Part shown: positions 28,736 through 42,968 of the stretch, piece by piece
Numbering within the stretch: position 1 is the first letter of the stretch
Layout of the letters: each line of letters starts with the position of its first letter
Assembly: GCA_964016885.1 (NCBI GenBank)
Contig: OZ024749.1
Span: 47,120,001 to 47,184,000, forward strand
DNA from: Eledone cirrhosa
Lineage: Eukaryota
Direction: 5' to 3'
Length of the DNA: 64,000 bases
The notes under the pieces: generated by a model
Seen by the model: the letters and a program-made list of their open reading frames with translations, nothing else
Databases searched by the model: none
What the model was told of the DNA's origin: nothing
Translations under genes and position numbers: made by a program

Positions 28736-29157
28736 CACACACACATATATATATATAATATTTATGCTCTTTGCCGCAGATCATAACGATACAAAACAAA
28801 GAGTGCACACGAAATACATTTTATTGTAATTCATGCAATGTAACAAGGAGACATAAAGGAAAGGAATCTTAATGTTTACAAATCATGTGGCCCAACATTT
28901 TATTGGTAATATTTTCAGGATTGCAGTAAAGCATATCAATCGTAAACGGAAATAATTCCCGTGAAAATGGCCACCAGGACCATAATTTAATGTGTATTGT
29001 TCGTTACGCTTCAGTTTTCTCTATTTGATATCATAGAATTATTCTACTAAAGCAGTAACACTTTTTAGTGTACAGGTTATTCCACACACCATCATTCCCC
29101 TAGATATGTTTATGCGAACATACATATATTAGTGCATATGCGATATATATGTATATA

Positions 29158-29257
<100 letters not shown>

Positions 29258-29997
29258 GGGGGGGTATATATGTTATATATATATATATATATACACAGAG
29301 ACCTGTGGGGAAGAGAGGATATTATGTATATATAACATGGGGGTTTGTGTAGAAAAAATTAGAGAATGGCCGACGCACATTTATACATATACATTCCCAT
29401 TCTGATATACTTGTATATTGCATTCATTAATTCATATCACCCATTTTCCACGAATTCCTACCTGAATGTATTCCTTTTTTATATGATCAAAATGATGGGA
29501 TTCTTATGACGTGTCAATGATATTTATCTAGTTTGATTCGTTGCTAGTTGCTATCATAGTTTATGGTCAACTGAATTTGTAGTATTCAAAGAATATGTCC
29601 TTTAATAATTGAAATAATTTTAAGGACCCTGATTATTTACGTAATATTTGTTTGTCTTGCAATATTACAAGTTTATACATTTATTAATATTAGATAAATC
29701 TCAATTGAGAATATTGAAATACACTTCATCTGCTTCTTTCTCTTTCTCTGAAGAATATCGACTAATATATATTTCTATATATATATCTCTATAACTATTT
29801 ACCTTTCCATTTATCTTTCTATCTATGTATATGAATATAACATTATATCTAAATTTATATACACCTATATAACTATTTATCCATTTCCCTATCGTTGGAT
29901 ATTTGATTTGTTTTAATTATTCTTGCTTTTGTTTAACATGCATTTGTAAATATATAGGGTGTAGGAATACACATTTTTTGGGAAATCTATCTAATTA

Positions 29998-30068
<71 letters not shown>

Positions 30069-30077
30069 TTGCGTGCA

Positions 30078-30126
<49 letters not shown>

Positions 30127-31389
30127 AATAAGAAATCGATTAATTATTAGCAGCAGACTGAAGCATAGGCAGCAACACTGAGAAATCGATATACACTTGC
30201 TAGTGTATAGATAGTTAAAATGAGCGAGAGTTATACATACTCTGTCCATTCGATATAAGCAAACTAAACGAAACACGTAGATTCCCTTTGTAGCATCCTT
30301 ATGGCTGTTATATGTAAATCCGTTAGATACGTCATCACATTGAATCTGTATATCTATTGTATGTTCAAATCTGTCGTATCAATTCAATTCCGTACTTGTT
30401 TATCACGTCACATTGCGTTATTTGCTAATAACTATATATATGAATTGCACATACACACAAAACAAGAACCAAATATCCGTCGATTGAGGCTTAATTTCTG
30501 GCAATATTAGAAATAAATCCATTGTGAAATATTTTCCAAAATACTTACATGTTTCAATCAAATAAAATCCGATGTCGTTTCACCCTATTTGTAGAAACAC
30601 TGACTGGATAAACTCCGCAGAATCCTGTTTGGTTTCGGTGATGTCAGTCAGTTTAAGCAATCACAAGTGGTTAGGCTATTTAACACATAAGTGGGCCAGG
30701 TTTTCAAATTTGTTTCATACTTTTTTTTTTATTATTGTATGCTGGGGTGCCTCTTAACTCCCCTATCAGACAAATATATGGTGGGGGAGATTGTTTAAGT
30801 GCCGACGTTTGCCCATGACAATGGTTGTACAAGGTTACATGGTACCAGTAGCTGACAGAAACCTGATTTGACCAACTTGTGTATCATATCGGAACAATAA
30901 TGATTTGACAGACATATCATACATAATTTAGAGATTAATTCTAAAAAGTAGAAACATTTTGTGGTATTCGTAACATACGCATATGTAGAAATATCTGGTA
31001 TTAAAGAACGTCTTTTTACCAAGATGATACTTCTCCTTTATAATAAAGTTAGGGTACCCAATTCAATGGAAAGAAGATCACACACGAAAATAAAGTTCTG
31101 CGTTGAATCGCATTGTAGATTTTATTAAATGGTATATATAACATTATTGTCATCATACAATTCTGTTTGCCTCATAAACGATACATTTGTGGAGAGCCGT
31201 CGTATTTTCAAAGTCCAGCTCATCCCGCTAACGTAACTACATACATATTAATATACATGAATTTTACAGATTAATGATTATTTCCAGATAGAAATGAAGA
31301 AAATATATTAGATTGTACTTATACATATATACATTTTGTATACATATATTTCTAACTCACAGTTCAACTAGGTATGTATCTCTCTCTCC

Positions 31390-31917
<528 letters not shown>

Positions 31918-32518
31918 CAGGTCACCAGTTGGTGCTACTGGTAACATGTATCCCAGTACAACCTGTCTCATGGTCGGGTCGTTGGCGACTAAACTGGCAA
32001 CCCCACCAAGGTTTCTTGGTGAGGAGGGTGACTTTGGACATCCTGCAGGACTAAAAACAAAACCAGTCAAAGGGCAAAGGATCTCTTAAGAGTCAATGGC
32101 CATCCAAAATTACTGGGGGACTCCTTAGCCTTTGACAAGGCAAAATTCTAGGAGAAAGACAACTCTTATATAACACCTGCAACTCTGATGGTATCCAATG
32201 ATGTTGACTTGTTCTTCTTTTTCGTAAATATCATCTTGGTTAAAAGAGTGGGACTGGCTTTGAGCAGTGCCTTTGCTCACTACAACAGCTTCACGGCACA
32301 GGCATTGCTATATTTCCGGAGATCTCTCTGCACGTGTCGTCACATGGTGCCATGGGCCCAGCACTATGTGTCAATAATTGTCATAAGTGTAGTGTTTGTA
32401 CCTGAGTTTTCAAGTCGCTGGCTGGACTAAAAAGTCACATTCGTTCAGCCCATCGGTAGGGGTTCTCGTACATGGATATAAAGTTCTGGCCGTACTCGAA
32501 GACGAGTTGGCAGCCACC

Positions 32519-32519
<1 letters not shown>
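31918..32519 (+). mobile_element. ~600-bp non-coding interspersed repeat (SINE-like; orientation inferred)
   Basis: Second copy at 22631-23152. Flanked by TG/TA microsatellites, with a structured 5' end. Confidence 0.7.
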
Positions 32520-32551
<32 letters not shown>

Positions 32552-32660
32552 TATACTATATATATATATATATGCAGAGGTTACATTTAATTTGTTGGGA
32601 ATCAACAAGCTTAAACCATCTTATAAAACACTCAACAAGATAGTGGAGTACATACACAAT

Positions 32661-32930
32661 GTATTAATAAATGGAAACTATATTTATAAAACCATATTTA
32701 TTTTATTATACATATTTGAAGGGAAACCAATGCAAATTATGGTGCGTTTTCATTAGATAAAGGAAGCTCCAACCGGTAAGGTTGTCTTTTTTCCGGGTAT
32801 GTCAATATTTATTTATAAAATAAGTTTGTATTTGATCTGATGAAAGCGCACCATAATATGGTTTGATTGCCCTTGAAATATGCTTAATAAAATAAATATG
32901 GTTTCTAAATAAAATTTCCATTTATTAATA
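32661..32930. mobile_element. Diverged ~100-bp inverted arms with decayed outward-facing hammerhead motifs
   Basis: tattaataaatggaaa...tttccatttattaata. Right arm 32829-32894 reads UAUUUGAU-CUGAUGA-AAGCGCA...UGCCCUU-GAAA-UAUGCUUA-AUAAAAUA. Confidence 0.6.
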
Positions 32931-32944
32931 TAATGTACATTTAT

Positions 32945-33295
<351 letters not shown>

Positions 33296-33846
33296 TGCAT
33301 ATATCTATGTATATCGAAGAGAACACCTGACGGCCATTAAACGACTGTAATGCCTTTGATAGACTGGCATCAAATCCCTTTTCTGTGAATGGAAATGCGG
33401 TGTTGGTTGCATATCATATTGGTTGGGTGGAATATAGGAAGATAAGTGAATTTATTAACGTCGCTTACCAATATCACGCTATACAATTTCCAATTCACTG
33501 ATGACTAATTGATTCCAAGTTATATGTTTTTTTTTCGATCTCATGTCAAACGGCGGATGGAATTTACTCCGGAAGGGAATAAAGGCTAAATTGCTGGTCA
33601 TTGACTGAAGAAGACAGTCTAGTATTATATGTTTGAATAGATAGTACTGTTATGGAAGCGATCATATCGATGGTATAGAAAGGTTGAATTCAGTTTGTAG
33701 CAACAATAAGGTGTCCTCTTCTATGATTGGAGAGGATATTTAGACCTATAATAGTTCCCTCTCAAATGTGTGTTTTGTATTTAAAATTCTAAACAGACGT
33801 TCAGCAAATTCATATGCATATATATTCCTATACACTCAATAAATAA

Positions 33847-33906
<60 letters not shown>

Positions 33907-33930
33907 ATATATATATTGGTAAAAGAAAAG

Positions 33931-34154
33931 ATAATTGTTTCTACTTTAGGCACAAGGCAGCAATTACCCAGTGCATTACTTATTTTTTGTTTATCTTTCT
34001 GTTATCTTTTACTTATTTAATTTATTTTATCGACCCCGTAAGGATGAAAGGCAAAGTTAACATCGGCGGGATTTTAACTCAGATCGTAAAGGGCCGTAAC
34101 TATGCTGGAAAGCATGGCTTCCGACTCTCTACCGATACTGCCAATCCACCGCCC
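33931..34154 (-). mobile_element. tRNA-derived SINE
   Basis: Reverse complement begins gggcggtggattggcagtatcggtagagagtcgg; has an A-rich internal expansion. Confidence 0.85.
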
Positions 34155-34276
34155 CTAAAAGAAAAGATAATGCTGACAAATGGTTCCCAGTGAAACATAG
34201 TTTAATTAGGAATAAGCAAAAATTAGTAATAGTATTGGTTAGTATTCAATTTTGGGTTTAAGTCCTTACCGGTTGA

Positions 34277-34384
<108 letters not shown>

Positions 34385-34435
34385 GAATATAGTGACGAAA
34401 CATATGTCAATTGCATGAACTCATAATCTGTATTT

Positions 34436-34493
34436 ACTGCTATATATATATTTCGATGATAGCCATTGAATGGCTATGACCTCATCAGGCAGT
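34436..34493 (-). ncRNA. Intact-looking type I hammerhead with an (AU)5 palindromic stem III
   Basis: ACUGC-CUGAUGA-GGUCAUAGCCAU-UCA-AUGGCUAUCAUC-GAAA-UAUAUAUAUA-GCAGU; site AUA (cut 34441/34440). Confidence 0.85.
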
Positions 34494-34551
34494 TAGTCAG
34501 TTCTGAGATATGCCAGCTCTGTGTGTATAATGTTGATGGTATCAGAGTATT

Positions 34552-34633
<82 letters not shown>

Positions 34634-35199
34634 TATATATGTATATATATGTGTGTGTGTGAGTCGGTGTGCGTGTGAGTATATGTCTGAATATGCACAC
34701 ACATAAACACGCACAACATATATATACATATATATATATGGCTACATTTAATACTATTGAAATTAATCTCTATAGTGAGAAATATATCTAGATTTAATGA
34801 AGCTGAAGCCACCGAAAGTATTTAAATCCACATTGATTGCAATTTACCTATTCCTTAATCTCTTGAAAGGCTGATTAATTATAATGAACACATAGAAATA
34901 AATCTAATAGCTGTATAGTTTAGACCATTAATCGGTCATCAAAGACATATAGAAATGTGAATGGGACAGGATTATATCGGCAGTGCAAGAAAGAAATGTA
35001 TATAAAGAACATGACTGGAAAACACAGAATATAGAAATGTATTAACGAATCAATCGTGACGTAGGGTATGTGTGTATGGTATAAGGAACATATCGTAAAT
35101 AATACATCAATTAGCAGCAAATGACAAATGACCTTGGTGGTGCCATACACACCGGAATATGTTTTTGTAGGTGAGTATGTATGTATGTATATATGTATG

Positions 35200-35270
<71 letters not shown>

Positions 35271-35282
35271 TTACCTACCTTA

Positions 35283-35314
<32 letters not shown>

Positions 35315-35319
<5 letters not shown>

Positions 35320-35470
35320 AGGGCGGGTAAAATTCCTGAGATCCGTGGAGGAGTTCTCTCTATCGTTCTCTGTCCCTCATTATCGCTGTCCTGTCCTGCG
35401 TCTCCAACATTCCAGTGTCTGTCTTTAGGGCATCAACATACGTTAACGTTGGTCTTCCTCTTTGAGTATG
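35315..35470 (-). mobile_element. RTE-clade LINE extreme 3' fragment
   Basis: Reverse complement matches 25480-25626. Confidence 0.75.
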
Positions 35471-35554
35471 TGTTGATTGTTTAACGACTCCTCAGTATGC
35501 ACATTGGAACACTCGACGAAGTACGCAGGTTGGTTTGTCTACTCCGGAGTAATG

Positions 35555-35668
35555 TAAAATAATTAATTCAAATATGTAAAATTTGACTTCGTCTATTATA
35601 AATTATTTATAATTATAAATTTATAATAAACGAAGCCAAATTTTACATATTTGAGTTAATTATTTTAT
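35555..35668. repeat. Imperfect palindrome (~50-bp arms)
   Basis: aataattaattcaaatatgtaaaatttgacttcgt...acgaagccaaattttacatatttgagttaattatt. Confidence 0.8.
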
Positions 35669-36180
35669 ATATATACATATATGCCGCATTAGATAGAATT
35701 ATAGAAATAAATAAATATATATATAAATATATATATAATAGGACAAAAAGGAACAGTAGAAAATAATAAAGGGGTTTTATCTCAGAATAACACCAAAACA
35801 TATACTTACAAAATAGGAATTTCCGCATTATTCGTACTGAATTCAGCTTGTAGGTTTCTGCCTGCGTTGGAAGTGGATATGCAAATTAAATTGCATATTA
35901 ACGAATGGCTCACAATATGAATATGGGGAAAAACATTTCGCATATTTTTATTGTACTTGTCTACCAGAAAGGAAATATTCAAACGTTTATACGTCTAACC
36001 TTTTTTTTTATATTAATTTATGTGATGATTCGACCACATGACTGTTCATCACAGGATAGCTAAATCAAATTGTATTGCATGGCCTAAAGGTAGTATATTC
36101 TACATAATATATCCAATTGTAAAACTGCATATATTTTAACATATATATATATATATATAATTGTTTTTGATAATGAACGG

Positions 36181-36330
36181 AAAAAATGAAACGAAATTTC
36201 ATTTCCCACTCTTAGTACGGCTGTTAGTTAAATATAAGTGTGTACACGTACATACATATATGTATACAGACGTACAGTAGTATGTATATATATATATATA
36301 CATGCACACATATATATGTACGTATGGTAT
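36181..36330 (-). mobile_element. Diverged partial copy of the 467-bp array unit (no HHR retained)
   Basis: aaatgaaacgaaatttcatttcccactcttagta...cgtacatacatatatgtatacagacgtacagtag matches 693-795. Confidence 0.8.
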
Positions 36331-37439
36331 GTACATATATATATGTGTGTGCATGTATGTATATATATATGTACGTATGTGTACATATATGTATGTACGT
36401 GTACATACTTATATTTTTCATAATGGTTTCATTAATATAAAAGGAATTAGATTTAATGTAAACAGGTTTTATTTATGCATAATAATGCCCAAACATCTAT
36501 TGAGTATCGTTTCCATATATTTTGTTTCATTGATAAACGTAAACGTGATTTGTGATACATGTAAATCATTGTAACTCTCATTCGATATCTCCAATACTCT
36601 GATAATAATAGCTATATTGTAAAGTGATAAGTTAGACGGAAACTATATTATAACTCTTAGCATTGATTCCTGTAGCATGTGGGTTTTGACAGTGACGCAG
36701 ATTAAAACAAAATATTATTATATTTAGCCGTGCATTTAATTTAATATTTAAAGATTCAAGTCTTTCTACAAATATAATTCCAATTATAATCGCATATTTA
36801 TCGAAACATTCGACAATAGAAAAATAATTTTGAAAAAATATTAATAGATTATTTCACGACACATTATTAAACCTGTGAGAAAGGGAATGTGACTCTAATA
36901 TTCTCAGATACATTCAACATGAGTTTCCTTCGGTAGAATGAACTTTAAATTTTGTCATATGCAAAGTTGTGGCGATAACGCTGAGAGCGATTAAGTTAAA
37001 CAATAGTGTAAGCGACAAGCTTGCAAATAATATCGAATTACATAATTTTTTCACACAACCTATAGGGAGCTGAATGCATGTGTATATCATGCATAGCTGG
37101 TCAGGGATTTGGGAAAGTAAAAACCATTATTAAATATACGCAAAAATGGTTAGGTTGGGGCTAATTGAGAATGCACTTGTGTGAAAACCAAAATATTGTA
37201 TCAATTATTTTTTTTTTTTAAGAATTTGCGTTGACGTTATCACGCCGAGACTATATGTGATTTACTGAAAGAGAGCTAGATGTGTTCTTGTTCAAGAATG
37301 ATATCTTACCAAGATACTAATATGTTGAAAATTGAATTTCAAAATGATTTATTCGTCATTTAAATATTGCTATCTCATTACTTAATAGGTTTCAGAAAAA
37401 AATAATTCCAATCATTTCATTATCTTTATCATCATTATT

Positions 37440-37643
37440 GTGGAGTATTGGCATTATCGTTAGAGAGTCGGACGCCATGCTTTCCAGCATAGTTACGTCC
37501 CTTTACAGTCTGAGTTCAAATCGCACCGAGGTTTACTTTGCCTTTCATCCTTACGGGGTCGATAAAATAAAGTACCAGTAATGCACTGGATAATTGCTGG
37601 CCTTGTGCCTAAAGTAGAAACAATTAGTATTATTATTATTATT
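37440..37643 (+). mobile_element. tRNA-derived SINE whose (ATT)n tail abuts the R4/Dong 3' end
   Basis: Full family match including B-box gagttcaaatc. Confidence 0.85.
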
Positions 37644-40600
37644 GTTCTTTGAGTCTCAGTCATTGATGTTGTTTAACTGGAAAGTTTGTTGAAATGAATA
37701 TCAAGCCACTACCTGCAACCTCAGATATTCAGGACGTATCGGAGGGTCCTTGCTGTTCCCAGCAAGCATGCCTTTTGAAGTGTTCCAAAAAGCGGGGCGG
37801 GACAAATTTTCTTTAACCATCCTTGGAAACTCTTTCAGATAGTACCTAGTGCGTATATGACAATCGGGACCACTTTGACCTCATGGCAGTTCCAAATCCT
37901 TTTTACCTCCCACTTTAAGTCCTGCTATCGGTTAATGTTCTCCCTCTCCTTCTCTTGCATTCTCGTGTCGAATGGGCAGGCCACATCCACAATCAGGCAC
38001 GATCTCTTTTTCCCTTGTCAAAAATCACCAGGTCAGGTCTATTGTGTTCCAGTTTCTTCTACGTCTGTATCCTAAAATACCACGCATCTTGACCTAATCA
38101 TTTTCCATCACCGACTCTGGCTTATGCTCATACCACTGCTCAGAATGTGGTACATTTTTTACTCTGCATATATGCCAGTGGATCACCCTGCCCATCACAT
38201 CATGTCTCCAGCCTTTATAGTGAGTCTGGGCTAGGTGTTTACATTCGGATACAATGAGAGCCAGAGTCTCCTCTCTCTCTCCACAGATCCTGCACAGTGG
38301 GCTAGCCTCCTCCTTGTAAATATGGTGTTTCAACCACTTCGTTTTGAGGGCCTGCTATTGTGCAGCCATTAGCATTGCTTCTGTAGCCTGTTTAAGGTCT
38401 CCTATTTTCAATCAGTTCCTTGTCTGTGGATCTCTGAATTCAGTTTTCTCAAAGAAGGTGCTATGATGGTATTTTTCATGAAGGCAGCTCTTTCTCCTTG
38501 TTATTTCCTCCTTGGACATTCCCTGGTCTATTGTCCTCTCCATCAGTACAATGCTGAGCATTAGCTCCTTACTATCAGTCACGTATTTTTGTAGGTTGTT
38601 TTTTCTCCATCGGAACACAGTCCTCTATGCTGATAAGACCTCTTCCACCTTCAGATCTCTTTAAGTAGAGGCTTTCGACATCACTACTCTTGTGGAACAT
38701 GTTGAAGATAGTCAATAGCTTCCTAGTCTTCCTATCCATTTCTTTTTGTTCAGCAAAATTCCAAATCATAATTCCCGCACTGTACCTAATAATAGACACA
38801 GCTCGGGAATGTACTGCACTTATGGCATTCCTACTGTTCAGATGTGACTTTAATACGCTTCTTACACTCCGAATCTATTCAAATCTTATCAATTCCTTCA
38901 TTTTTTTTCTTGATGTCATCAGCCTCCAAAACACCTAAATACTTGTATCCTTCCTCAGTGTCAATTTAATTTATCATCTCGCCTGTTGGTACTTAGATTC
39001 CGTTGCTTCTGCTCAATTTACCCCTCTTCATCACAAGGACTCCACACTTGCTAATACCAAATTGCATACAGATAACATTGCTGAAAATACGGACAGTGTC
39101 AACAAGCACATCCATCTCCTTCGCACTCTTCCCGAAGAGCTTAATATCGTTCATGAAGAGGAGTTGATTGATGGTAAGGTCTCCCTTTCCAAACTTGTAT
39201 CCTGCTCTCACCTTTCGCATATAAATCGTCAGGGGCATCAGGGCAAAGACAAACAACTGAGGAGACAGACTATCTCCCTGGAAGATACCTCTCTTGATCT
39301 TCACGCCTCCCAATGATTCTACAGCTGATGTTAACTCTGTTTTCCAGCACTCCATACTTTTGACCAACAACTGTCTGATGTTATCTGCCACCTTGAACAT
39401 CTCTAGGCTTTTGGTGATCCAAGAATGAGGCACCATGTCAAATGTCTTTTTGTAATCTATCCATGCCATGGCAAGACCAGTGTGTCTCCTCTTGCAATTC
39501 CTCATTAGCATCTTATCAATAAGTAACTGGTCCTTTGTACCACGTGACTTCTTTCGGCATCCTTTCTGTTCGTCCGGTAACAAGTTGTTGGTGTGGAGGT
39601 GATGGTAGATTTCCTCAGACATAATGCTTGTCAACAGTTTCAAAATTACGGACAGACATGTGATAAGTCGATAATTGGTAAAATCATTATCCTTGATTCG
39701 GTCTTCCATTACCAGAACTGTGGTACGTTTTGTCAACCACACTGGTACCTCACCTGACCTCAAGCAGTCATTGAACATGGTTGTTAGTTTCGGGTGGAGA
39801 AATGTTATATTTTTAATCCAATACCCCTGCACACCATCTGGGCCTGGTGATTTCCAGTTGGTTAGTTTTTTGGCCTGCCCCTTAAGAGTTTCAACTGTGA
39901 TACTCAAATCAGTTTTTTGGTGTGCCTGTTCACTAATCTCCTTTTGTACTGTCTCAATCCACATTGCCTTGTCATTATGTTTAACATCCAGCTCCCATAT
40001 TCCTCTCTAGAATGTCTTAGTTTGTTCCGCCTCAGGGATCAAGTCGTTGCCTCTTTCTTTCCCTTCAAGCTGTCCAAACAGCATCTTCTGATTGTTGTCA
40101 AACATGCGGTTCTGTCTATACTGAATGACTCTGCTCTCGTATCGCCTAATCTTTGCACTCTTTGCTACAATGCGTTACTTCTGTTCCTCTATGATAATAT
40201 TTAGCTTTTTCCTCCTAGTTTTGTACTTTATTTGCAGTCTATTTTTAGTGTCTATGTTTTTTAGTGTCCCATTCAGTAGGGAGTCAAGCTTTCCAATGTC
40301 ATTTCTCATTTCCCTGATTTGACCATTCAGTCGTTCCTTCCACCAAGGTTCTGATCTTCCTTGTTTGATGTTTCCTCTCTCTTATATGCCAAGTAATTTC
40401 CCCTCCCCACTTGCTGTAGCTTTGAGGATATTTTTGCACTGGTGAAGGCTCCTCGCCTTAAGGTATGTGATGACTTTATTTACCTTAGCTGTTGTTCCTT
40501 TTTAACTTTTTCCTGTCTACAAATCTTAGGTTCATAGGTTTCCAACTATCATTGTTCATTTCATCTACCACTAAGTTTAGGATATCAACCAAATCTTGTA

Positions 40601-41260
40601 CTAGCCCGTCAGATTTCATCTCCTCAAAGGCCGTATCTTTCTTCCAGGTATTTATTATTTCAGGATTCAGATCATTGTCTGCTTCGGATGGTTCCTCCGT
40701 TCTCTCAACCTCTTCACCTTCATTTCCCACTGGATCGTTTGCCTGGCATACTCCACTCTCCATTTCCAACCTAATCTCTCTGATCAGTTCCTCCAGTTCC
40801 AGCTCACTTATCCACCCATTAGTCCTTATTACCTGAGCCTGCCCGGCCAATTTTTGTTCATCTAATTTAAATAGACCAATCTCGTTCCAGATGCTATGCA
40901 TCCGTTTCCTATAGCCTTTTTCCTTGGGGTTACTCTTCAGGTAACATTGTATAACAGTTCTATTCAATTCTTTCGTCCAGTTGGTTCTGGTCCCTTTGCT
41001 TATTCTTCCTCCGACACCAGCATTATTTGGTTGACAGCCATATCCCTGCTGCTGAGCTAGGGAGCACCTTCTGGGTGAAAGTCTGTCACATGACATTCCA
41101 GTCTCCACTTCACCGTTATTCGAACTGTTTAGGTTCGACATTTAAAAACTCTTATCGAGGATTGGTGAATGCATGTTACATAACCACCGGTGATTTCATC
41201 ACCTCCAGTGATTTGATCACCCCCGGTAATTTTAGCGTGGCAGTATCACGCTGTAGATGA
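37644..41260 (-). mobile_element. R4/Dong-clade non-LTR retrotransposon (RT plus restriction-like endonuclease), near full length, decayed
   Basis: N-terminal RTNWTKELNRTVIQCY...GYRKRMHSIW. RT motifs KSPGPDG, YRLITCL, QKGCR, WIDYKKTFD, RGIFQGDSLSP, LLFMNDIK. Zn knuckle CRIC...SEC and RHD. The 3' end is followed by (AAT)n. The 5' limit is uncertain. Confidence 0.9.
38993..39964 (-). pseudogene. Reverse transcriptase domain of the R4/Dong element (catalytic DD read as ND)
   Basis: 323-aa ORF with non-LTR RT motifs; flanking segments are frameshifted or interrupted by stops. Confidence 0.9.
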
Positions 41261-42063
41261 ACATAAATAAACAAACAAACAAATGTGTGCTCCCCCCCCC
41301 GCCCAATAAAAACATAAACATAAGTTTCATTGTAATGTAATGTTTGAATGTATGACTTTTTTTTCTTGTCTGTCTGTTTGTTTTTCTTTTCTATTTTGTT
41401 TTCTTTACGTTTTTCGTTGCTTCTGTGCTGTTTTGATTAAAATATTTGATTTTGGGATTTTGGGATTTTTTGACCGGGTCATCAAATCAGTCTATTTATA
41501 TCTTTTAATGCCTTCTTCATTTAGTGGGAATACTACGATGCCTGTCTTAGCAGGAGGTAGTGGGAGAGAATAGCGGCGGTAGCGATAATGGGGCAGTGGT
41601 GCTGGTTCTGTGCTAGTAGTACTTAGTAGGAGGTAGTTGGTGAGAATAGCGGCGGTAGCGATAATAAGGCAGTGGTGGTGGTGATGTGATCGTAGTACTG
41701 TAGTGATGGTGTTGAAGTTGAAGTAGAAATAGAAGTCGAGGTAACTTGACTAGAGTTGTTGGTGTGGTAGTGGTGATGGTTTTGGTGGTGGTTTTGGTGG
41801 TGAAATGATTTGCCTGTCTGTCTACTTAGCCATTTTTCTCTTTTTCGACTATAACATTTCTGATCCAAAATTAAATATTAAATATTGAGGCCCTATGCCG
41901 TAATGTGATGCGTTGTCGCTTGCTGAGAGTCAAAACTGTAATCTTATATTCCATTCGTAATAAGAATTATTCTATCACAGTTGTTGTAAATAAGTAAAAA
42001 TCAAAAACTTACGGGAGCGATTCTATAACGATATCTATTCATATATATGTGCGTTTTCTTCCC

Positions 42064-42077
42064 TTTATTATTATCAC

Positions 42078-42157
<80 letters not shown>

Positions 42158-42178
42158 GTATTATTATTATTACTATTA
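42064..42178. repeat. (ATT)n microsatellite
   Basis: Direct reading. Confidence 0.95.
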
Positions 42179-42776
42179 GGTTTAGCAATATCAATTAAAT
42201 ACCAATTTATATTTCTGATTTTATAAAATTCCGTATCTAAATTTCCAATTTAAAATTGCTCCATTCTTTCAATTGGTTATTCACAAGTGAAATTTCATTA
42301 GCTATCACTAAAACTAGACATCATTAAATTGAAAATATTTTCATCTTTATTACTTTCGTTTTATAATTCGTATATTTTTGTTGGAGGGAGTATGCTATTT
42401 ATTACATTTTGTGTCGATATCGTATCAATTCTTGAATTGTTAATAATGTTAAACCAGTCGCGAAGTTATTTAACATTTCTACTATTCTCAGTTGATTTGT
42501 CATTCTCAATCATTTATTTGTCTGGTTTTGTATCTTCCTTTTTTTTATTTGTATGATTCTAAATTTTCAGCAGCTTTATCGCTGTGTTGTTCGTTATAAT
42601 ACCGAATGAAATTACATTGAAATCTGGACCGTTTCATCGGACAATTACACTACCATATTTTTCTTGATAAATGCTTTCCTCAAATCGGTTAATTTCCCCC
42701 ACTAGTAAAAACAAATTATGCAGCTGCAGTAGAAACGTAGAACTACGTAATTATATTTATTATTTATAGTGTACAA

Positions 42777-42968
42777 GGGCGGTGAATTGGCAGTATCGGC
42801 AGAGGGTCGGACGCCATGCTTTCCAGAATAGTTACGTCCCTTAAACGGTCTGAGTTCAAATACCGTCGAGGTTAACTTTGGCTTTCATCCTTACAGGGTA
42901 GATAACATAAAAACCAGTAATGCACTGGAATAATTGCTGGTCTTGTACCAAACGTAGAAACAATTATT
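42777..42968 (+). mobile_element. tRNA-derived SINE
   Basis: gggcggtgaattggcagtatcgg...gagttcaaatacc...gtagaaacaattattt. Probable target-site duplication tagtgtacaa at 42767-42776 and 42973-42982. Confidence 0.9.

Noticed and set aside
33499-33620. ctgatga / ctgaaga heptamers (also near 9105, 29748, 49412)
   Set aside because: No downstream GAAA with complementary stems; chance matches.
41561-41685. ~40-bp direct repeat; also short duplications near 43757-43793 and 24248-24284
   Set aside because: Ordinary local slippage duplications.
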